Notes under the pieces: model-generated
What the model was told of the DNA's origin: nothing
What the model saw: the letters and a program-made list of their open reading frames with translations, nothing else
The model's database searches: none
Assembly: GCF_022045235.1 (NCBI RefSeq)
Contig: NW_027266264.1
Span: forward strand, 24,738,001-24,802,000
Direction of reading: 5' to 3'
Length of the DNA stretch: 64,000 bases
Origin: Haliotis cracherodii
Taxonomy: Eukaryota
In this document: piece by piece, positions 1 through 8,706 of the stretch
How positions within the stretch are numbered: position 1 is the stretch's first letter
Layout: each line of letters begins with the position of its first letter
Position numbers and translations under genes: made by a program

Positions 1-1208
1 TAGAGATGCAAATATCAAAGGTCAAGCAGGGACTACTTTCTGTGTTTAGTAACAAACATGGCGATCGATTCAGAATTAACCATCGGGAATCTGGAGAAAC
101 TACTGGGATAGTTGCTATCATTATCAAAAGAATAGTTTAATATACTGAAACTAAGTATAATTTTGATGTACCTAAGTTTTGGCAACTTTGGAGATATACA
201 TTGCAAAACAATTTAGCGAGGACACTACATATATTGTCAAGCTAAGGCTCGCTAAATACAATGTTTATTCCTAATACAAGATATTTACACTCCCCAAACA
301 CACTCGCGTGATAACCTCTATGTACCAAATTACCGTCAGTATAGTGACTTTTTCTATTCACTTTTCTGATTCTTGCTGCACATCATGTATACACATCATG
401 CAACAACCAGGCATTGTTGGGAATGTAGTGATCAGCATGTCCCTCTGTCCATCTAACTTTTAAGTTGTGTTAGATAGCCTATGATGTAATAAGCATGTTT
501 TTAATTAAATTTAAAAAAACACAAATTAGAGATGCTATTTATTATTTAACTTATATTCAACATTGTAAGTTGAACTTTATATCTGGTCATAAAGTACACA
601 CATGACTCACAGCACTTTACACACGCTGTACATGAATTGATGAATTCTCATTTCAAAGTTCTCAAGCGAGCAGAATGTATTTTTTTCATCACTTTTTAGT
701 ACATTAAGAAAATGTTTGACGCGAGCTTCATTTAGTCTCAGTAAGTTATACATGTAGAACTTTCTCCAATGTACATCTGTATATCATTTGATTATTAAGG
801 GTAGTGACCAGTTTTTCTGTCATCTGGGAGATCTCACATATCATTGAGTGTTTAAACCATTGGTGTAACATGTGGCTTTTACTGCATTGATTGTATATAT
901 TGTACATAAAGCGTCGAACCCCTTTCCATGGTCATAAGAAATCTCTGTTGTGAACAGAGTCAATTGTGCGATCCCGAGCGTTTCATGGGCATGTGTTTGT
1001 CATAGTTCTAAAATCACTATAATTAATCCATACTTATAGTGGTCATATTTCAATAATGCGTTTTGTATTTTTCTCAATATTTTATCTTACAACTAAGCCA
1101 AACCTATATGTATTTCTGTAGATAATGTCAGTCAGTTGCCGTCCATGACTCTGGATACCTAACTCAGTCAGCTGGCACAGCTAGGGTTGTGCCCCAGGCT
1201 GTAACACG

Positions 1209-1728
1209 CATCTTCCGGAGGCAAGAGAGTTAACTGACTATAAAAGTCACGTTTCCATTCTTGCCGAACTGGGCTGGTATTATGGAGTTAGAATTTGGCT
1301 GGACTAACGAATCTGTGCATAGTCCAATCCAAATCCGGTTCGTAAAGTGTCATGCATATTTCGGTCGATTGCAGGACTTGCAAAGCGTGTGCACCGCCGA
1401 CTCGTTGTCAACAGATATTTAACTAATCTTTTTCATGTTAACAATCATGGTGCTCACGTAATTTGATGCACTTCGCGATGTAAGACCCGTTTGATCACAA
1501 TATAGATCTTGATTATCGACCAGAACGTCTTGCCTTGGCGCCGCCATTTTCTTTGAAGCCAATGCAAGTGAAACGAGAGGTGGAATCTGATTAGCCCATA
1601 GGGTAGGCCTAGAAGGGACGTAACTCCCACTGGTGGCGCTACGATCGACCGCAGGAATTCCAGCCTAGTTCGGCAAGGGTGGAAACTGGACTTTTGAAGT
1701 CAGTTAACTCTCTTGCCTCGGGAAGATG
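1209..1728. mobile_element. MITE with long (about 70 bp) TIRs CATCTTCC(C/G)GAGGCAAGAGAGTTAACTGAC...; copies at 13235-13754 and 28611-29130
   Basis: The left TIR at 1209 is the reverse complement of ...GTCAGTTAACTCTCTTGCCTCGGGAAGATG ending at 1728; 8-bp TSD GTAACACG/GTAACATG; no coding capacity. Confidence 0.9.
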
Positions 1729-4700
1729 GTAACATGCTGTACATGGCCAGACGCACCATCAGTTTAATATCAGATAGGTAGGAATATAAAGGATATTACG
1801 GTTTGAGTGCACTCCGTAACTATGGAAGAACTGCAATTTATACACCAGACATATGGCACATTTAGATCATAGCTTCAATATTAGGTGACTTACGCATTCT
1901 ACAAAAGGCCTGAGTCCCTATATTTTATACGGACAATAACTTATATTTCATTTATTCTACCATAAAACAACTTGATTGTTAATTGTATGTGTGTATTTTT
2001 CGATATTAGTAGATTAGTTCACTTGTACATTAACTGTTGATACGCCAAGTGATAGAGACAACCGTACATAACATAGCATGAGAAAGAGTACATTGTGGTA
2101 AATACCCGCGGGTAATCTCACGTAAATACCGTCTCATGCAAATATTGTCTATCATTTGGTTAAGCATTTATTGCATTGAAATTATACAGTGCCGTATAGA
2201 ATGCCGTAAATGTAAATGTTAACAGTTCCTGTATGAAATGCCTTAGTCAGAATAACATAAAATACTTCCCAGTCCTTTACTATACACAAATTGCTTTTTG
2301 TTCCGTATTTATTAGAACAATTTTGTTCAGAAGCGTTCCAAACAGTCGCTATCAATTCATGTATGGTTGTCAATTTTAAATTTAATGTTATAATTCATTG
2401 ACTGCATCTTTCTTGTAATGTATTATTGTTTGAATGTATTGCTCTATATGAAATTTCACTCTGCCATGAATAAAGACTTGAAGGGACTCAGCGGCCTTCT
2501 CTCTGTTTCAAGGTGATAGCCGAGTAATCAGCTCTACCAAGCTACTCTCCACTATCTTGGCCATTGTGATCTTAGCAACGATCCAACCAAACTACGTCAT
2601 GTTTATGAATCACTATAAATAATAGTGACACCAGCTGTTAGCATTCAGGTACAAACATGTAATAATGACATGCAGTGTGTATATGTCGCCAAAATACATT
2701 TTGTAAACTAAATCATGCACATGGCATATATGCCCATACTTGTCCTTGACACAAATATTTAGTAATATGAAAACACAAAGTATTTTAAGCATGATAATGA
2801 ACATAAATAAGTTTTGTTTTTGAAATCTTCACCTTCATAATATGTAACATATTCAACCATTTCAAGTTCCTTTTGTAAATACGAATTTGCATATATACAG
2901 GGATATGTGTCAATTACCCTTCACGCCAGCCGTCATATACTGGAATATTGCTGAGTGCGGCGTAAAACAACATACCAACCAACCCTTCACGCCAAACGCA
3001 TTACCATATACGGGTCTTGTAAACAACAAAAAAGACGAATGCTCATTTCACAAATATGTACACAACACCTGTTCGAGCTGTAAAGAAATGTTAGGGGAGA
3101 CGTACGAGGAATTTATTAAATATGACATATTACTTACCTTGTTGATGTGATGGCTGATGCTTTACCATACAATGACATTTACACGGAGATTTCGCAACTC
3201 TTAACGCACTGCCACTAACTTTTTGAATGATAACTGGATGGAGGGTGCCGCCGGTTGAGCGGGGCATGCTGGTTCTTTTAAGAACACATGGTGTCACCAC
3301 TGATTTACAGTGATCATCTAAGATTTTTCATCACCATCGTGCTTTTCTACGCCCTTTAGAATCTGTTGCAGCAGATATTCGAGGCTGAATATTCTCTGGC
3401 GTTCTTTTAAAAGTTAATGATTATGTTTCTTAATTTAAAGATATCAATATAATGCATATGAAAGTTACTGTAGGTGCATTTGCTATATAGGTGTAGAATC
3501 GAATAAATGTTGGCGTTTCTCGAATGATGGACACTTATAAGAATCTCGTCGTGTTCACAGTCGGTAGGTTATCTTTCTTCACGTCCGCCATGTGTATCCC
3601 ATGTCTGCTGGTCTTTTGTACGCGTGACGGTTGTTTGTTTGCCACAATCTTGATTGGGATGCTTTTCTTCTTCACTGAGGTCACGCTGAAGGGGCCTGGT
3701 TTCGGTTCCACACATGGGTACAACGTGTGAAGCCCATTTAAGGTGTCTGAATATTGCTGTCCAGATATTGCTGGATTATTGCTGAAAGCGGCGTAAAACC
3801 ATACACATTCACTCTTCACTGTGGACGTCAAACCAAATTCAGGCATATCCAAATCCGAAGGAAAGAGGTATCCATGTGCAACATGGCCTTCGACCAGCAC
3901 TCTTGACAAGAGCCATATATGCCCGTGAATATTATTCTAATGCCTAGCTCAAAACGCAAGATTGTCTGGAAATATGGAAAACAAAAAGAGAAAATTGTGA
4001 CTGAACTTTGTGTGAATGACATGTAGGTCTAACTAAGTTACTTCAAAGAAGACGCAGTTACCTGGAACATGTTGAAAGAATAAAAAACAGGTAATTTTCA
4101 TACGTTTTTTAATTGTTGAAAGTTCATTGGGAATGACAAACATTGGGGTGGGCCTGGTAATGTTTAGGGTGAAAATGATATTTCATTATCATGACAAAAA
4201 TGTTTAAAATCTCAAGTCTATAATTACACTAATTACAATTAGATTCCATTGAAGACGATAGCTGGGAACATTACTGACTGACAAAGTACTTCTAATGAGA
4301 ACTCCATTAATTTTGAATACATTATGAAAGCACACAATTAATTAATTATTATATGACATCATTTTCTTAGCCACAAAATGTAAACACTACCTACATATTC
4401 AATATCTCATTTCCTAGTCATATTATCAAGACTAACAAACAACTAAACTGTAATAAGGGTATTATACCCCGGGTCTTTTGCGATTTTTCTGAAAATTTGT
4501 TCTGTTATTTCGCAGCACGCACGTGGAGAATGGGAAATCATTGGAATCTTTCTATCAAACTTAAGATCGTTGAAATACTAGTATACACTGTTATATCGTG
4601 AAGACGAATTCCTAGCTCTGCATCCGCAGACACAATGCGTTATCTCTGGTTCATAGTTGATACAGTGAGTATTGTTGGATCAACGTGCCCTTGCTAGAAG

Positions 4701-4968
4701 GTTTATAGCAGATTGTGATGAACATTTTCACATGCTCCAGCTACGCACGAAGGGAGATACGTTGCTGGATCAAGCAAATACACCACCAAACCACAAAGAC
4801 TAACAATAATTCATAATCCAATGAAGGAAGGACTTTCTTTACATTCACAGAAACTATTTGAAAAAGATAATCATTGAGTTTTGATCACGTGGTTACAATA
4901 CGGGTAATACCTGACAGTCAGGTGACTGCGAGTGGTTATATTTAGAAGTGACAGCCGTCAATAGCGCT

Positions 4969-5485
4969 CATCTTCCCGAGGCAAGGGAGTTAATTGACTA
5001 TAAAAGTCCAGTTTCCACCCTTGCCGAACTAGGCTGGTATTATGGAATAAGATTTTGGCTGGACTAACGAGTCTATGCTTAGTCCAATCAAAATCGCACC
5101 ATGAAATCGAAATCCTGTTTTTGAACTGTCGGGCAGATTTCGGTCGATTGCAGGATTTGCAAAACATGGGCAACGCCAACTCGTTGTCAACAGATATTTT
5201 CTCAATCTTTTCATGTTTTTAATCAAGGTGCTCACATAATTTAATGCACTTCACGATGTAAGACCCGTTTTATAACAACATAAATCTTGATTATCGATCA
5301 GATCGTCTAGACTGGGCGCCTCCATTTTGTTAGAAGCAAATGCAAGTGAAACGAGAGGTGAAATCTGATTGGTCCATAGGAGAGCCTTAGAAGGGACATA
5401 ACTCGTAATAGCCACTGGAGGCGCTACGATCGAGCCCAGGAGTTCCAGCCTAGTTCGGCAAGGGTGGAAACTGGACTTTTAAAGT
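4969..5485. mobile_element. Second member of the same MITE family, outer right TIR missing; duplicates at about 16840-17356 and 32359-32875
   Basis: Starts CATCTTCCCGAGGCAAGGGAGTTAATTGAC, is collinear with 1209-1728, and stops at GGAAACTGGACTTTTAAAGT. Confidence 0.85.
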
Positions 5486-5881
5486 AGAGATGATTATGGA
5501 AATGGTTTTGTTTATCAGTAAGTGGCGGGGAGAAGGATACAGTTAATAATCAAGTTCATTTTTATTCTAACTGACAACCAGGATATTAAACTATGATTAG
5601 GAAGGGGAACAATGGAGTAGGCTGGTAGGTGTTCATTATGACATCGAATTTCAAACGCAAGGAATATGACAAAATCTTGGCGTGTTCACATTGGATAGCT
5701 TATTTTTAATCATTTATGTTCACCATGTGTGCTCCACGTTTGTACGCGTGGCGGTTCTTAGTTTGTTGTTCTAGATATTTGACGGTGGCCTGTAAACATC
5801 GAGTCGATCAGACAAATCAGCAGTTGATGTCATGAGCGACATCCAGCACGGTGTAGGGAATGATGACATGCAATAAACCAA

Positions 5882-5944
5882 GTCGCCGAGCCTGACAACT
5901 CGAACCATTCCTTTTACAAGCATCGGTTATTCCATCGGATCTCT

Positions 5945-5976
<32 letters not shown>

Positions 5977-6038
5977 CGCCTAGCCTGACCACTCGACCCA
6001 TTCCTTTTACAAGCATCGGTTATTCCATCGGATCTCAT

Positions 6039-6078
<40 letters not shown>

Positions 6079-6162
6079 AAGATGTAGTAGTAGTCGCCGA
6101 GACTGACCACTCGACCCATTCCTTTTACAAGCATCGGTTATTCCATCGGAGCTCATGTAGTA

Positions 6163-6202
<40 letters not shown>
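5882..6202. repeat. Compound repeat: about 65-bp core plus (TAG)n, 3 units (1 unit at about 17799-17917)
   Basis: GTCGCCGAGCCTGACCACTCGACCCATTCCTTTTACAAGCATCGGTTATTCCATCGGATCTCAT(GTA)n repeated. Confidence 0.93.
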
Positions 6203-6211
6203 CAGAACCAG

Positions 6212-6268
6212 CATCTTCCCGAGGCACTGACTTTTATCGTCAGTTTACTCTCTCGCCTCGGGAAGATG
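6212..6268. mobile_element. 57-bp minimal derivative of the same MITE (TIR ends only) with 9-bp TSD CAGAACCAG; also at about 17924-17976 and partial at about 34412-34459
   Basis: CAGAACCAG|CATCTTCCCGAGGC...GCCTCGGGAAGATG|CAGAACCAG; an empty site with a single CAGAACCAG lies at 33883-33891. Confidence 0.85.
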
Positions 6269-7028
6269 CAGAACCAGTAGACATGGTTTCTGTTGTTGAT
6301 CTAGACCCAATAGCAGAAGTAGTTGATGGAGTAAGTTGTAACGCTGATTTTAGCGACATTCAAGCCATGTGACAGTTGGGGATCATGAGTTACATGTGGA
6401 GGATGTTGCGAGCTGAGGGGGCTTGTCCACCACGAGACAGAAGGTAACTTAACATGTGAACAAGCTAAATTATTATTATTATCATAGTAAATGTAGGCAT
6501 CAGTAGCAAGAAGTAGGATGTATTGAAGTTATACTTCTCGTTGAGGTATGTAATCAGAGCGCACTTTGACCACAAGAGTGGATTTGACAGCAATTCTGTA
6601 ATACTGTGCCACGAAGAGTTACCTCCCTTACAACAGTGGAGACTGCTTGCTGGCTGCACTTCAGCTGTAGGAGTTGTGTTCTTTAACAAATCACCTCACA
6701 GTGCGTCAGAAACAAGAAGCACAATGTATAGTTTCACAACAGAAGCCAAAAAAGGCTTCATTTTGGTCACAAAAGATATATGACCAGTTGTGTTTGCATA
6801 TTTACTTATGTGCATATATTTAAGAAGTGTGAGTAAGATGGGTTTTACACTGATAAACAGGATTTCAGTTGCATCGTAGCGCGTCATATGAATGTGAGAC
6901 TGACAGTCAGTGTACGGACACGTACAACGTCCTGTTATATTGACCATACCGCCCCACTGGTGCACACGTCACAGGTCACAGGTGGTGATGACACGTGACT
7001 GTTTTCATCCGGGTTCGTGGGTCTTTCT

Positions 7029-7045
7029 ACTTTCGCTTTCGCTTT
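7029..7045 (-). promoter_or_regulatory. Tandem IRF-binding element/ISRE-like site upstream of gene A
   Basis: ACTTTCGCTTTCGCTTT, reverse complement AAAGCGAAAGCGAAAGT, matches the GAAAS(C/T)GAAAS(C/T) IRF-E consensus. It lies near TGACACGTGA and CACGTCAC motifs and upstream of candidate donors at 7148/7153. Confidence 0.55.
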
Positions 7046-7319
7046 ACTGTTGTCGTCATGTAACTTCGTAGCGGAGGAGAAGACATACGTCTCGAGCTGA
7101 CCACATACACCAAATCAGATAGTGTAGAGGTCAGTATTTCGGACAATGTAAGGTAACACGGTTGTAGAATAGAAATAACAATTGCTGAAATACGTATTGG
7201 CTAAAGATAGTCGCGGTTGTGTGACTGGCATCGATCCAAGGCACCCCAGACACTAACAGCACTGCGCATACTCTGTGTCATAAAACACTAGGTCATTCTG
7301 AAGTGCCACCACCTGCACC

Positions 7320-7455
7320 NNNNNNNNNNNNNNNNNNNNNNNNNNNNNNNNNNNNNNNNNNNNNNNNNNNNNNNNNNNNNNNNNNNNNNNNNNNNNNNNN
7401 NNNNNNNNNNNNNNNNNNNNNNNNNNNNNNNNNNNNNNNNNNNNNNNNNNNNNNN
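7320..7455. other. N run (assembly gap or masked sequence); others at 46623-46897 and 47447-47623
   Basis: Direct. Confidence 0.99.
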
Positions 7456-8209
7456 TCATTCGGAAGTGCCATCACCTGCACCCAGACACTTTGCCCTTCT
7501 CCTTGTGTTTCCCGTGTGGTTGACTGCACCTACATTGAAACACATATTCGATATAATTGAAACCACCAACTCGTACATCTCACAGACATCACTGTACACT
7601 ATGTCACTGACTTCCGCCATACATTGTACGTCACTGACTCCCTCAATACAATGTATGTTACTATCTTGCTCGTAACGACTCGGCGTACATGGGCTCACAC
7701 ACAGGGTAACATCACATCATATATCCCTCAATATGCCTTAACTAATGATGTATCGCGCCTGGAAGGGAACTGCCTTATACCCCAACAAGCTGCACTTAGA
7801 TTTTTGAGCAGGGTAATATATCCCTTATACCCTGCGTCGAAGCATCAAACCGCACGTTGTCAACCTCGGATCAATCGAACGTCTTTTTTGTATATCAATT
7901 TGTTATAATTCTTTTACAGTGACATATAATCCATATTCCATAACATATAATCCACAATGACAGATTAAAACATTTCAGTAAGATAAATTCGTTGTAGCTG
8001 TATCACTCGGGGTACATGTGGTTTATGCGTCCCTGGTTAGGTTTTATGCCGCGAGCCGGAGGCGTCGAGTTTCATATATTGTAATGATCACCTTGTAATT
8101 GAGATGGCACACGTGTATCTCCAACAGGCAACACATTCCGCGTGTATCACGCATTGGTGACTGATATAAGAGCAACGCTATTTTTCAGGGCATTATCATT
8201 TGCAGAAGC

Positions 8210-8515
8210 CGTCCATATTCCATAACATATAATCAATATATCTCTCCATATTCCATAACATATAGTCAACATATCCGTCCATATTCCATAACATATAATC
8301 CACATATCCGTCCATATTCCATAACATATAATCAATATATCTGTCCATATTCCATAACATATAGTCAACATATCCGTCCATTTACCATAAAATATAATCC
8401 ACATATCCGTCCATATTCCCTAACATATAATCCACATATCCGTCCATGTTCCATAACATATAATCCACATATCCGTACATATTCCTTAACATATAATCCA
8501 CATATCACCCATATT
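8210..8515. repeat. 33-bp minisatellite (ACATATCCGTCCATATTCCATAACATATAATCC) about 190 bp upstream of the gene A ATG, about 9 units
   Basis: Direct periodicity; explains the spurious ICYGIWTDM / MLWNMDGYVDY ORFs. Confidence 0.95.
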
Positions 8516-8706
8516 TGACGTTCCATACTTCCACTCATGTTCCATTTCCATGAATGTTTTATGGCCATTTTCAATGACAAATTGCATCATTTTCCTTGAA
8601 TCTCAATATAAACGGAAATTAAAATAGCTTCAAAGGTGCCTGTGTATTTAGTTCATTCAGTTGGGGATTGTAAGTATAATATCAGTATTTTCCATCCACA
8701 GACAAC

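Noticed and set aside
2182-4022. Short ORFs conserved three times (63-168 aa)
   Set aside because: The conservation reflects recent segmental duplication of AT-rich non-coding DNA; they overlap SINE fragments and have no recognisable domains.
5817-6134. Poly-Tyr/Leu/Val ORFs (also 17809-18012 and 33207-33941)
   Set aside because: Translations of (TAG)n microsatellites.
8147-8580. Repetitive ORFs ICYGIWTDM / MLWNMDGYVDY (also 19719-20306 and 36109-36802)
   Set aside because: Translations of the 33-bp minisatellite.
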